DNA of 32,000 bases, from assembly GCF_051307035.1 (NCBI RefSeq), contig NZ_CP195536.1, forward strand, positions 1,050,001 through 1,082,000, given 5' to 3'. The notes under the pieces were generated by a model. The model was given only the letters and a program-made list of their open reading frames with translations, did not search any database and was not told the DNA's origin. The translations under genes and the position numbers were made by a program. This stretch comes from Psychrobacter sp. DM4. GTDB taxonomy: Bacteria > Pseudomonadota > Gammaproteobacteria > Pseudomonadales > Moraxellaceae. The number at the start of each line of letters is the position of its first letter. The stretch's first letter is position 1. This document shows positions 1 to 9,058 of the stretch, in pieces.

Positions 1-738
1 TATAAACGTCAAGAGATCTATGCCGATAAAGTCACTGCTATTAACGATTTGGCAGCGGACGGCTTTAGTATTGAGGACATCGCTCAACAAGAAAACGTCG
101 CCCTAAAACGCTTAAAGGACTACCGTAAAGAAAACAATACTTCAGTACTTGCGCAGCCTGCTGTCATCAAAGAAGCTTTTGATGAGTTTACGATTCAAGA
201 CCAAGCAGTGACCTCGGGAATAGAGGTCGGTAATGGCACAGTATGGGCACAACCAAGCAATTATCGCCCGACTAAAACATTGACGCTTAACGCTGCCACG
301 CCACAAATCACTCAACTGCTGCGTAAACAGAAAGCTACTGATATAGCATTAAAACAGGCTAAGCAAGTTGCTACAGGTATCAAGACATTAGCAGATATCA
401 ATAACCAAGCCGTCAATTTTCAGGTGTTAGCTGATGTCAATCGTCAGACCAGTCAGTTAACTGAAAAAGAGCGCGGTATGGCCTTTAGTCAGCAAGCTGA
501 CGACAAGGGTATAGTGGCTTTGGCAGGCGCGACTGAAGTAGGCGCAACTGTAATCGTTGGTGACCGTATTAAAACCCAGCAACAATCTCGATTATCTGAT
601 GTCGAAAAATCGCAAACCGCAGGCATTATTCGTGATAACTTGGGACAAGATCAATTGCAGGACTATCTAGATTATCTACGTCTGCTCTATAACGTTGAAA
701 TAAATGAAGCTAATATGGCAGGTGCTCGAGATCGTTAG
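1..738 (+). CDS. ppiD: C-terminal part of a PpiD-like periplasmic chaperone/peptidyl-prolyl isomerase (5' end outside the window)
   Basis: Frame 1 is open from base 1 (YKRQEIYADKV...) to the TAG at 736-738. The track's start at 49 is a TTG inside that open frame. The pattern (AQPAVIKEAFDEF..., SGIEVGNGTVWAQPSNYRPTKTLTLNAATPQI...) resembles the C-terminal chaperone region of PpiD as I recall it. No catalytic motif is visible, so the family call is tentative. Confidence 0.5.
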   Translation, partial: YKRQEIYADKVTAINDLAADGFSIEDIAQQENVALKRLKDYRKENNTSVLAQPAVIKEAFDEFTIQDQAVTSGIEVGNGTVWAQPSNYRPTKTLTLNAATPQITQLLRKQKATDIALKQAKQVATGIKTLADINNQAVNFQVLADVNRQTSQLTEKERGMAFSQQADDKGIVALAGATEVGATVIVGDRIKTQQQSRLSDVEKSQTAGIIRDNLGQDQLQDYLDYLRLLYNVEINEANMAGARDR

Positions 739-785
739 TCACTACTAACCTGACTTTAAATATATAAGAAATAAACTCTAAGAAC

Positions 786-821
786 AAAAAAAGCCACTAT
801 TTATATGTAGTGGCTTTTTTT
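786..821. terminator. Bidirectional rho-independent terminator between convergent ppiD and purH
   Basis: The stem is GCCACTA (793-799) / TAGTGGC (808-814) with an 8-nt loop. It is flanked by an A7 run (786-792) and a T7 run (815-821), so either strand reads a hairpin followed by a U-tract. Confidence 0.75.
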
Positions 822-849
822 GCTAGAAACCTTAGGTATAGACGTGTTA

Positions 850-2436
850 TTAGTGGCGGAAATGACGCATACCCGTGAATACCATAGCAATACCGTGCTC
901 ATTGGCTGCCGCTATCGTCTCATTATCTCTCATAGAACCGCCAGGCTGAATGATGGCAGAGATGCCCACCTCTGCTGCATTGTCGATGCCATCACGAAAC
1001 GGGAAGAACGCGTCGGAGGCCATCACAGCGCCTGCGGTGATAAGACCTGCATGTTCTGCTTTTATAGCGGCGATACGAGCAGAATTAACACGGCTCATCT
1101 GACCTGCACCTACGCCGATGGTGCGCAGGTTTTTGCCATAAACAATAGCGTTTGATTTGACATATTTGGCGACTGTCCAAGTAAATAGAAGATCAGCGAT
1201 TTGAGCTTCGGTAGGCTGTACGTCAGTGACCAGTTGGAGCTCGCCTGCACTGATGATACCTGAGTCCTGCTCTTGTACTAACAGGCCGCCGTTCACGCGC
1301 TTATAGTCAAGCTGTGTGCTCAAAGCGTCTGCTGCTTGTAGCGGACCGCAAACCATAACACGGACATTTTTCTTGCTAGCTGTAGCTTGTAGTACGCCAT
1401 CTTCAATACTAGGAGCGATAATCACTTCTACAAACTGATTATCGATAATTGCTTTTGCAGCAGCTACTGTCAGTTCACGATTAAAGGCAATGATGCCGCC
1501 AAAAGAGGACTCAGGATCAGTGCTAAAAGCCGTACGGTAGGCTGCTACTTGATCGTGATCGACAGCGACGCCGCAAGGATTAGCATGTTTGACGATAACG
1601 CAGGCCGGCGTGCTAAAGGCTCTGACGCATTCGAGTGCAGCATCGGTATCAGCGATATTATTATAAGACAAGGCCTTGCCTTGTAGCTGCTTAGCAGTAG
1701 CAATAGAGGCTTTTACAGCGCTCTTGTCAGATGAGTGCTCTTCGATATAGAACGCCGCTTTTTGATGTGGGTTTTCACCGTAACGCAAGTCTTGTGCTTT
1801 ATTGAGTTGCAAATTTAACGTACGTGCAAAAGTCTCAGGCTCTTGATGCTCATTTATTCGGCTGCCCAAAAAGTTAGCTATCATGCCGTCATATTGTGCG
1901 GTATGCTCAAAGGCTTTTACCGCCAAATCATATCGTAGTGTAGAGGTAAGCTCAGTGTTATCACCCAAAGCGTCAAGGACGCGGTCGTAGTCTGCTGGAT
2001 CAGTCACGATACCGACGTGAGCATGGTTCTTAGCCGCTGCGCGAACCATAGTAGGGCCGCCAATATCGATATTTTCGATAGCGTCCGTCATAGTAACATC
2101 GGTGCGAGCGATTGTTTCAGCGAAAGGGTAGAGGTTGACTACTACCAGATCGATACGCGTAATATCATACTCACTCATAACCGCATCATCTGTACCACGG
2201 CGACCCAAGATACCGCCGTGAATTTTGGGATGCAAAGTTTTGACGCGACCATCCATCATCTCAGGAAAACCGGTATAGTCGGACACTTCGGTGACAGACA
2301 CGTTATGCTCTCTTAGTAGGCGATAAGTGCCGCCAGTAGAAAGTAAGCCAAAACCTGCTTGTAGCAAACCTTGAGCGAATTCAACGATATTGGACTTATC
2401 AGAGACAGATAATAGGGCAAGCGGTGTTGTACTCAT
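850..2436 (-). CDS. purH: Bifunctional AICAR transformylase / IMP cyclohydrolase
   Basis: The ORF is 528 aa. The N-terminal MGS-like motif is [18 protein letters not shown]...[11 protein letters not shown]. The AICARFT region includes KHANPCG. The C-terminus is the typical ...[11 protein letters not shown]. The fis-purH adjacency is conserved in gammaproteobacteria. Confidence 0.97.
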   Translation of the reverse strand: MSTTPLALLSVSDKSNIVEFAQGLLQAGFGLLSTGGTYRLLREHNVSVTEVSDYTGFPEMMDGRVKTLHPKIHGGILGRRGTDDAVMSEYDITRIDLVVVNLYPFAETIARTDVTMTDAIENIDIGGPTMVRAAAKNHAHVGIVTDPADYDRVLDALGDNTELTSTLRYDLAVKAFEHTAQYDGMIANFLGSRINEHQEPETFARTLNLQLNKAQDLRYGENPHQKAAFYIEEHSSDKSAVKASIATAKQLQGKALSYNNIADTDAALECVRAFSTPACVIVKHANPCGVAVDHDQVAAYRTAFSTDPESSFGGIIAFNRELTVAAAKAIIDNQFVEVIIAPSIEDGVLQATASKKNVRVMVCGPLQAADALSTQLDYKRVNGGLLVQEQDSGIISAGELQLVTDVQPTEAQIADLLFTWTVAKYVKSNAIVYGKNLRTIGVGAGQMSRVNSARIAAIKAEHAGLITAGAVMASDAFFPFRDGIDNAAEVGISAIIQPGGSMRDNETIAAANEHGIAMVFTGMRHFRH

Positions 2437-2630
2437 AAAAAATTTCCATAAAAAAGCCTGACAGTAGCGTCCGGCAAGGTAGTCATTTTTAACTAGTAGT
2501 GATTATAGGCTATATCCGAGTGAAGCAAAACATCGATATTGAGACATCGTAAATAAGCACGCTTTAACAGGGTAGAAAAGCCAGCTATGTAATGATAATA
2601 AATGCTTATATCATAACAGTATCTGTGTGA

Positions 2631-3011
2631 TTACGTTAAGTGATAGGCCTTGAGTTTTTTACGCAAAGTACCGCGGTTAAGACCTAGTATCTGCGCGCAT
2701 TTTGATTGATTACCGCGGGTCTGCTCTAAGACTACGGTTAGTAAAGGACGCTCAACTTCCTTTAAAATAAGCTCATATAGATCTGTCGGTATATCATCGC
2801 CAAGCGTTGTAAAGTATTGGCGTACGATACGCTCTACATGAACACATAGAGGTTCATAAGTGGCGTCAGTTTGAGAGTCAGTGACGTCAAGTACTGTATC
2901 AGATGCTATAGTAGAAGGACTATTTTGGGCTAAAGGTTTACTATTATGCTGCGTCGCATAACTCTGATTGCGGGCAAAACCGTTGGCATAATCGGGTGTC
3001 TGAGGCGCCAT
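2631..3011 (-). CDS. fis: DNA-binding protein Fis (long N-terminal form, 126 aa)
   Basis: The C-terminal HTH, [27 protein letters not shown], matches the Fis signature (E. coli ...[26 protein letters not shown]). I chose the ATG at 3011 (MAPQTPDY...), preceded by AAGGA about 9 nt upstream. The track's TTG at 3080 would add 23 hydrophobic non-Fis residues. Confidence 0.85.
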   Translation of the reverse strand: [126 protein letters not shown]

Positions 3012-3081
3012 AAAGTAATGTCCTTTACTTAAAAATATGATGAATAGTTGTATCAATGGATTGCACTGAACGAGTAACAAT

Positions 3082-3121
3082 CTAGGTGGTAATAACGATA
3101 ACTAGATGGTAATAAGGATAA
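3082..3121. repeat. Imperfect 20-bp tandem direct repeat (2 copies, 18/20 identical) in the fis upstream region
   Basis: The copies are CTAGGTGGTAATAACGATAA (3082-3101) and CTAGATGGTAATAAGGATAA (3102-3121). They lie 71-110 nt upstream of the proposed fis start, read on the minus strand. Confidence 0.8.
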
Positions 3122-3141
3122 ATGTTGCATTCAAAATGCGG

Positions 3142-4407
3142 TTAATAAATAGGTTCAATAGTGACAGTGCTAATTTGTCGATTTTCAACAGGCACTGTGA
3201 ACCATAGCTGTTTTTGTCCTTGAGCCGTTAACTGCTTTTGCGGACTGAGCAAATAATCATCAGGCGCTGCGATAAATGCTCCGATTAGCTTATCGGAGCC
3301 ATAAAGACTAACCTTGAGGTTAGGTAATAGCTGAGCCTGTGTACTTTGATTATTCAACGTTGCTTGTATATCGCTAAAGGGTCCTGAGGTATTAATTTGG
3401 CTAGCTCTATGAGTAATATCAGCTATCGCTAATTGGTTAAGATCAGCATTCGGTAGGCTACAGGCAGCGACAGCACATATACTTTGTAAGCGCTTAGCGC
3501 TATCAGGGTCTTTGATAAGCGTATCAACATTAAAAATAACATACTGCGCTAGTAATAAGAGTAGCAAGGCTAAGCATCCTGCTGACCACAACATGATATC
3601 TACCGAGGAACGCGCCTGCGTTTGAGTGGAGTGGTGGTTATCTTGCGGCTTAGCAATCAGCTGAAAGGGTTCGTTTGTCTCATTCTCTTCACCAAAAGGT
3701 ACACCCATATCGATCAAAAGCTGCGAGAGATCCGTATCGTTTTGATCTTGGTTATCTTGTTCGCTTTCTTCTGCCAATAGCTGCTCTAGCCATCCATTAT
3801 TCTGATTACTATCATCGTTTAAATTAAGGCTATCAGTCTCTACACTATTTACAGTTAACTCTCTTTTATAGGCGTCATCATCAATATTATTAGTAGTACT
3901 CGGTTCGGTAGTACTCGGTTCGGTAGTACTCGGTTTAACAGCGACTTGAGGATGAGTGTCAAGATCTAGCCGCGTATCTTTATGCTCAAGTGAGAATTCC
4001 TCGTTTGGGACGGCTAAGTCGTTCTTGGACTCGATTACTTCCTTATTAGCTTGTTCCGAGTCTGAAGCTGTCTCTGCTGATAGTAAACTATCACTCGTTG
4101 GGTTTGACCAAGGCTCCATATTCTCTAACATATAATCTAGAGAATCATACTCTGAGGCAACCTCTAAAGATTCATTATTAATTTGATGAGCAGGTTTGTT
4201 ACTCATGGGGTCTTTAGCGCTCGTTTGTAGTGTCTCATCGGATTGAATAGAAGCCGCATCGCTTGAGAGGATAAGGTTGTCATTGACCGAAAAACCACGC
4301 GAACACTGATTACAAAATATCTTAGCGTTAGCTTCATTTGACTGATTTTTGTGTAACTGAAAGCTTGCGTTGCAGTACGGGCATCGAGTCTTTATAGGCG
4401 TGGTCAT
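3142..4407 (-). CDS. Zinc-ribbon (MJ0042-type) plus DUF3426-like membrane protein with a long acidic low-complexity linker
   Basis: The N-terminus, TRCPYCNASFQL...IFCNQCSRGF, is a CxxC...CxxC zinc ribbon. There is one TM segment (IMLWSAGCLALLLLLLAQYVIF) and a C-terminal beta-rich domain. The position between prmA and fis matches the conserved hypothetical (DUF3426) gene of Pseudomonas/Acinetobacter as I recall it. Confidence 0.6.
   Translation of the reverse strand: MTTPIKTRCPYCNASFQLHKNQSNEANAKIFCNQCSRGFSVNDNLILSSDAASIQSDETLQTSAKDPMSNKPAHQINNESLEVASEYDSLDYMLENMEPWSNPTSDSLLSAETASDSEQANKEVIESKNDLAVPNEEFSLEHKDTRLDLDTHPQVAVKPSTTEPSTTEPSTTNNIDDDAYKRELTVNSVETDSLNLNDDSNQNNGWLEQLLAEESEQDNQDQNDTDLSQLLIDMGVPFGEENETNEPFQLIAKPQDNHHSTQTQARSSVDIMLWSAGCLALLLLLLAQYVIFNVDTLIKDPDSAKRLQSICAVAACSLPNADLNQLAIADITHRASQINTSGPFSDIQATLNNQSTQAQLLPNLKVSLYGSDKLIGAFIAAPDDYLLSPQKQLTAQGQKQLWFTVPVENRQISTVTIEPIY
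3905..3945 (-). repeat. 15-bp in-frame tandem repeat (about 2.7 copies) encoding (STTEP)n inside the zinc-ribbon protein gene
   Basis: AGTACTCGGTTCGGT occurs at 3905-3919 and 3920-3934, with a partial copy AGTACTCGGTT at 3935-3945. It is translated on the minus strand as STTEPSTTEPSTT. Confidence 0.85.
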
Positions 4408-4605
4408 ATGCTCAAATCCAAAAAGGTATAAATTATTAATACCGCATTGTCTATCGTGTGAGATATAAAAGCATATGGAATATAAAAGGGTATGTAAGGT
4501 TTACCTTAGTTGCCACTGTACTATTCTCTTCATCACAACAAACTACGCCTATAGTCGCTCACGCTCAAACGACTCATCTATCGTAACAGATGTAATTGGA
4601 TGTTG

Positions 4606-5532
4606 CTAGGGTGTAAACGTGCCTGAGAGTCGTTGCCAATGTTGATCCTCTTGCGCACTAAAAGCATGTTTGGGATCGAGATCAAAATAAGGCCGGTAAG
4701 CCTCGCTGACTTGCTCAGTCTGCGATTCAATGAGTCCTGCTAGCACTATGCGGCCCTGCGTTGCTATCATAGTTGCAAAATAAGGCGCTAGACTAATCAG
4801 AGGCTTGGCTAAGATGTTGGCAACAATGACATCAGCAGGCAAGATATCATCCTGTAGGCAGTACTCTCTAAAATCATCTGGTAAAAAAGCTTGCAAACTC
4901 TCGCCAACCTGATTGCGCTCTGCGTTTTGGTTGGTAGCGAGCACCGCTTGCGGGTCTATGTCGACTGCGTAGACTTGACGCGCGCCTAGTAACAGAGCGG
5001 CAATACCTAAAATACCTGAGCCGCAGCCATAATCTATAACTACTTTATCTGTCAAATTCTGTTCTGTGAGCCAGTCTAGGCATAGGCGAGTAGTAGCATG
5101 ATAACCAGTACCAAAAGCTAGACCTGGGTCCATAATAATGTTGATCGCTTCAGGGTTCGGTGGCTTTAGCCAGTTAGGGATGATCCATAGGTTATTGGCG
5201 CATTCGATAGGATGATAGTTGACCATCCATTCACGCTCCCAATCCTTGTCATCAACCGCACTTAACCAGACACGACTGGCTTGCACTTGCGTGGCAATAT
5301 CATGGCTCAATTGCTCAAGTAACTGACGATCGTCGTTAGGAGATGCGGCGTCAAAAAGTCCTGTCAGTATAACCTCATCCCATAGCGGAGACTCGCCAGG
5401 AAGGGGTTCAAACAAAGGTTGGTCACCAGCGTCATCTAGAGCAATAGATAGCGAACCTGCTTCTAATAACAAGGATTCTGCCAGATCGACATATGCTTTT
5501 TCACATTGTAAATGCAGTTGTTGCCACGCCAT
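4606..5532 (-). CDS. prmA: Ribosomal protein L11 methyltransferase
   Basis: The ORF is 308 aa. Motifs present are DPGLAFGTGYHATTRLCL and the SAM-binding DYGCGSGILGIAA, and the length is typical. Confidence 0.95.
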   Translation of the reverse strand: MAWQQLHLQCEKAYVDLAESLLLEAGSLSIALDDAGDQPLFEPLPGESPLWDEVILTGLFDAASPNDDRQLLEQLSHDIATQVQASRVWLSAVDDKDWEREWMVNYHPIECANNLWIIPNWLKPPNPEAINIIMDPGLAFGTGYHATTRLCLDWLTEQNLTDKVVIDYGCGSGILGIAALLLGARQVYAVDIDPQAVLATNQNAERNQVGESLQAFLPDDFREYCLQDDILPADVIVANILAKPLISLAPYFATMIATQGRIVLAGLIESQTEQVSEAYRPYFDLDPKHAFSAQEDQHWQRLSGTFTP

Positions 5533-5598
5533 AATAATACCTTTGTTTATAATAAAAATAGAGATGAAAAAATAAGGCTACTCTTTAAAAGCTTTAGA

Positions 5599-6477
5599 TT
5601 ATCTCAAAGCTTTTTGTGCTTCACTGATAACGCGAGCATTGTTTTGTAATTCACCAGAACGCAAGATAATTTGCCACAAAGCGCGGCGTCGATCGCTGTC
5701 TTGTGAGACACTTAGACCACGTCTCGCCATAGCTTCAGCTTTACGTGGTTGGTTCTTTTTGAGTGCTACTTGAGACAAGTAAAAGTACACTGCCGAAGAC
5801 CTAGGTGCTAGGCGCTGCGCACGGGTAAAGCTGTTTTCAGCTGCTGTGAGATCATTAGCTCTAAGCTGATTGGTACCGGTTTGCATCAAGTTGCGAAAGG
5901 CAGGTAGATCACTATTAGTGCTACTAATTGAGCGACTTTGCTGCTGAGAATTTGCTCGTGCACGCTCTAGCAAGTCACTATGAGAGGGCATCGTAGGCGG
6001 CGCGGTTGTACCCTCGTCACGTGAAGGGGTTACTATAATGGGTTCAGGAAAGGTCTGTGACTCGCCTTGATAGGGCGGAATAGTGTAAGCACTATTTGCA
6101 TTTGGTATGGTAGATGTTGTTTGCGGCGTTGGCGGCGCCGTATATCTCTCAGACTCTGGCGCAGGTGGATTATAAGGCTCGATAGGATAATCGTCGTCAT
6201 TGTCAAATGCCTCATTATCATAAGACGAATTGTCGTAAGGCACGCTATTACCAAACACATTGTCGCCAACTTGACTGTCGTTTCTATTAGGTGCCATCAC
6301 CGTAGCATCACTGCGCTTCATACTTGTCGTTGATGAAGGCGCAGTTTGACAAGCGCTCATAGCTAGCGCAACAAACAAAAGGCTCAGTAGTCCGAAAAGG
6401 TTTGGTAATTGACGTTGAGGCTTGATAGTCTCATGTGTATTTACTGATTGATCGAATATCGACATATTGAGTCTCAT
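5599..6477 (-). CDS. Outer-membrane lipoprotein with a Pro-rich disordered linker and a C-terminal TPR domain; candidate LpoP-type activator of PBP1B
   Basis: The signal peptide plus lipobox is LLSLLFVALAMSAC|QT. About 150 aa of P/S/T/N/D-rich linker follow. The C-terminal TPR-like helices are NDLTAAENSFTRAQRLAPRSSAVYFYLSQVALKKNQPRKAEAMARRGL. The gene lies 109 bp downstream of mrcB on the same strand. That it is a real gene is firm. The functional call is inference, and the start could be the ATG at 6465 (MSIFD...). Confidence 0.6.
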   Translation of the reverse strand: MRLNMSIFDQSVNTHETIKPQRQLPNLFGLLSLLFVALAMSACQTAPSSTTSMKRSDATVMAPNRNDSQVGDNVFGNSVPYDNSSYDNEAFDNDDDYPIEPYNPPAPESERYTAPPTPQTTSTIPNANSAYTIPPYQGESQTFPEPIIVTPSRDEGTTAPPTMPSHSDLLERARANSQQQSRSISSTNSDLPAFRNLMQTGTNQLRANDLTAAENSFTRAQRLAPRSSAVYFYLSQVALKKNQPRKAEAMARRGLSVSQDSDRRRALWQIILRSGELQNNARVISEAQKALR

Positions 6478-6586
6478 GTAATTCTTTAAAATAGGTATTG
6501 CAGTAACATCAGTACGTTATGTGTATTAGTAATTTGGCGACAACAGTGCTTTAAAAACAACACGCTGTTGTCCTGTAGTTTGATAT

Positions 6587-9058
6587 TTAGAACCATTCAA
6601 GGGCGCGATCATACCAAGTATCGTCACGGATCTGACCATTATCATCTTGCTCATCAGGATTGACCGGTTGACCATCAGGGATGTCCAAACCTTCACGTCG
6701 ACGCTGATCGGCTATCGAGCTTTGCTCATCTTGGAACTGGCCTTGTTCGCGCGCGCGTTCTTGCTGATAGAGCTGTAATGCGCAGCTGCTAGCGTCCTCT
6801 GGCAAATAAGCGGACATAACTGGTAGGTAGCGTGCATTAGCACAGCTCTCGTTTGAGAGCTTGCCTGAGTTATTTTCAAGCCATAACCACTCAATCCCCT
6901 CAGGCTCTGGCATCGATACTGGCGTTAGTTTTAGACGATTCATATAATCTATCCATACGGGTAGAGCACCCGTACCGCCGCTCAGACCAATAGGTTTATT
7001 ATCATCGCGTCCTACCCAAACGACGCTTACATAGTTCCCGCTATACCCTGCAAACCAAGCATCACGGTAGTCGTTGGTAGTTCCTGTTTTGCCTGCTAGA
7101 TTGAGCTCGCTACCCAAAGATTGGGCGCGCTTGGCAGTACCGTTTTTGACGACTTCTTGTAAGGCGTGATTGGTCAAATAATTGGCTTCAGGCGGTATGC
7201 TACGCTGGGTATTGAGTCCGGTACGCTGCAAGATACGCCCGCGATCATCAATCACCGTACGTATACTATGAATAGGAGTGCGAAAGCCTCCCGTTGCAAA
7301 GACTTGATAGACGCCAAGCATATCCATAGGGCTTAGATTAACCGAACCTAGCAGGGCTGAAGGGTATGGTGGTATTTTTTCTTCGATACCCATACGTCGT
7401 AGTTGCTTGGCAAAAGTGTCGACACCGAACTCCATACCCAAACGTACCGCACTTTGGTTATAAGATTGAGCCAAGGCGGTGGTCAAAGGCACATAACCGT
7501 GATCACGTCCATTGTAGTTTTTGGGATTCCAATCACTACCATCGCCTAAGTTTACAGTAACAGGCGAGTCATCGACTGAGCTGGCTAAATTATAACGACC
7601 GCTCTCAAGCGCCGTCATATAGATAATAGGTTTGAGCAATGAGCCCACTTGACGTTTGGCATCTACTGCGCGATTAAAGCCCGTAAACTCACTACCACTA
7701 CCGACGACCGCCACCAACTCACCTGTTTCAGGATTGGCACTGACCAAAGCACCTTCTAGATTTTTGGCTTTACTACTACTGCGGCGCAATTCGCCAAGTT
7801 TTTTGTCGACAGCTTTGTCTGCTGCCAATTGCGTAATAGGGTCGAGCGTACTGATAATAATAAGACCTTCGTTCTTGAGATCGTCCGAATAGTACACATC
7901 ATTGAGCTCACGTTTGACAATATCTAAGAAGTCAGGGAACTGACTTTTGCCCTCTACTGGCTTGTCGACGATGCCCAGAGGTTTCTCAAGTGCTAAATCA
8001 TAATCCTCTTGACTGATCGAACCCATCGTTAACATATTAGCAAGAACGGTATCGCGCCGCGCTTTAGAGTCATTGGGATGACGACGAGGGTTATAGATGC
8101 TGGGTCCTTTCGCCATACCGACGAGCATAGCTTGCTGATCGACGCGTAATTCATTGAGCGGCTGATTAAAATAAAACTGCGATGCAAGACCAAATCCATT
8201 GATAGACCGGTTGCCGTTTTGACCCAAATAGATCTCGTTAAGATAGGTTTGTAATATCTCATCTTTGCCATAATGTAGCTCAAGCAGTACTGCCATCAAT
8301 GCCTCATTGGCTTTACGCTTCATAGTACGGTCTGAATTAAGATAGAAGTTTTTGATTAATTGCTGAGTAATGGTTGAACCGCCCTGCATGGAGCCGCCAG
8401 AGAAGTTATTGAGTACTGCTCGTGCAATACCACGAACTGAGACACCTTTATGCTCATAAAAACTACGATCTTCAGTTGCGATCAGAGCATCGATTAAAGG
8501 CTGCGGCACCTCATCTAGGGAGACGACCAAGCGATCTTCATTACTATCAGGATAGATACCGCCTATATTGACAGGTTCCAAGCGAATAATACCAGTTTTG
8601 GCTGGGACAGTGCTTTGAACCGACTCAATCTTACCGCCTGATAGCGTCATTTTGATGACTTGCTCGCTGTCTATATCACTGGCACTATAAGTAAATCCAC
8701 GCGTATGGATAAAGTAAGTACTACCTGATTTATGATAAGTACCGGTGCGATCATAGGCTTGGTTGCTGCGGTAATTGAGCAGCTCAAGCCAAGTTTTCAT
8801 CGTGTCATTATCAACATTTGCACCCTGATATAACTCAAGAGGCTGCGAGTATACTTTGGCAGGTATATCCCAACGCTTGCCCTCAAACTTAGTGGTGATC
8901 GTACGATCAAGCTTGACTAAATATAGCGCTAATAGCACCATGCCTGCGATAATGACGATAAGTAAAAGACTGCTAAATACCAATCCACGCTGCGTGCTGG
9001 GTGGCGCATTTGAATAGGACTTGGTTGACTGTGATAGAGTAACTTTAGATTTTTGCAC
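6587..9058 (-). CDS. mrcB: Penicillin-binding protein 1B (bifunctional glycosyltransferase/transpeptidase)
   Basis: There is an N-terminal TM anchor and a UB2H-like region (KFEGKRWDIPAKVYSQPLELYQG...). GT51 motifs are EDRSFYEHKGVS and GGSTITQQL. Transpeptidase motifs are SLLK (SxxK), SYN (SxN) and KTGTT. An acidic C-terminal tail of about 60 aa is present. Confidence 0.93.
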   Translation of the reverse strand: MQKSKVTLSQSTKSYSNAPPSTQRGLVFSSLLLIVIIAGMVLLALYLVKLDRTITTKFEGKRWDIPAKVYSQPLELYQGANVDNDTMKTWLELLNYRSNQAYDRTGTYHKSGSTYFIHTRGFTYSASDIDSEQVIKMTLSGGKIESVQSTVPAKTGIIRLEPVNIGGIYPDSNEDRLVVSLDEVPQPLIDALIATEDRSFYEHKGVSVRGIARAVLNNFSGGSMQGGSTITQQLIKNFYLNSDRTMKRKANEALMAVLLELHYGKDEILQTYLNEIYLGQNGNRSINGFGLASQFYFNQPLNELRVDQQAMLVGMAKGPSIYNPRRHPNDSKARRDTVLANMLTMGSISQEDYDLALEKPLGIVDKPVEGKSQFPDFLDIVKRELNDVYYSDDLKNEGLIIISTLDPITQLAADKAVDKKLGELRRSSSKAKNLEGALVSANPETGELVAVVGSGSEFTGFNRAVDAKRQVGSLLKPIIYMTALESGRYNLASSVDDSPVTVNLGDGSDWNPKNYNGRDHGYVPLTTALAQSYNQSAVRLGMEFGVDTFAKQLRRMGIEEKIPPYPSALLGSVNLSPMDMLGVYQVFATGGFRTPIHSIRTVIDDRGRILQRTGLNTQRSIPPEANYLTNHALQEVVKNGTAKRAQSLGSELNLAGKTGTTNDYRDAWFAGYSGNYVSVVWVGRDDNKPIGLSGGTGALPVWIDYMNRLKLTPVSMPEPEGIEWLWLENNSGKLSNESCANARYLPVMSAYLPEDASSCALQLYQQERAREQGQFQDEQSSIADQRRREGLDIPDGQPVNPDEQDDNGQIRDDTWYDRALEWF

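Noticed and set aside
820-1155. A 111-aa ORF antisense to purH. The same applies to similar antisense or shadow ORFs at 2017-2316, 6033-6333, 6712-6894, 7366-7892, 8029-8283, 9661-9891, 10755-11036, 13464-13733, 14467-14658, 15993-16289, 16746-16940, 17550-18171, 19288-19846, 20988-21867, 23213-23653, 24225-24425, 25356-25556, 31077-31910.
   Set aside because: All lie entirely inside, or mostly overlap, strongly supported genes on the other strand or in another frame. They have odd compositions (for example R/W/I-rich as the mirror of Pro-rich coding) and no recognisable motifs or ribosome-binding sites.
3012-3080. Longer fis ORF starting at the TTG at 3080. The analogous N-terminal extensions were lysC from 17215 and the DUF389 gene from the TTG at 22234.
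   Set aside because: The extensions are non-homologous (hydrophobic or highly basic), start at weak codons, and lack an SD. The internal ATGs coincide with canonical protein N-termini, and for fis and lysC they have good SDs.
6553-6573. A small hairpin, ACAACA-gcg-TGTTGT followed by TTTTT on the minus strand, between mrcB and the TPR lipoprotein gene. I considered it as a terminator.
   Set aside because: The stem is only 6 bp and AT-rich, so it is weak. Calling it a terminator would conflict with the likely co-expression of mrcB and the downstream lipoprotein gene. At most it is an attenuating structure.
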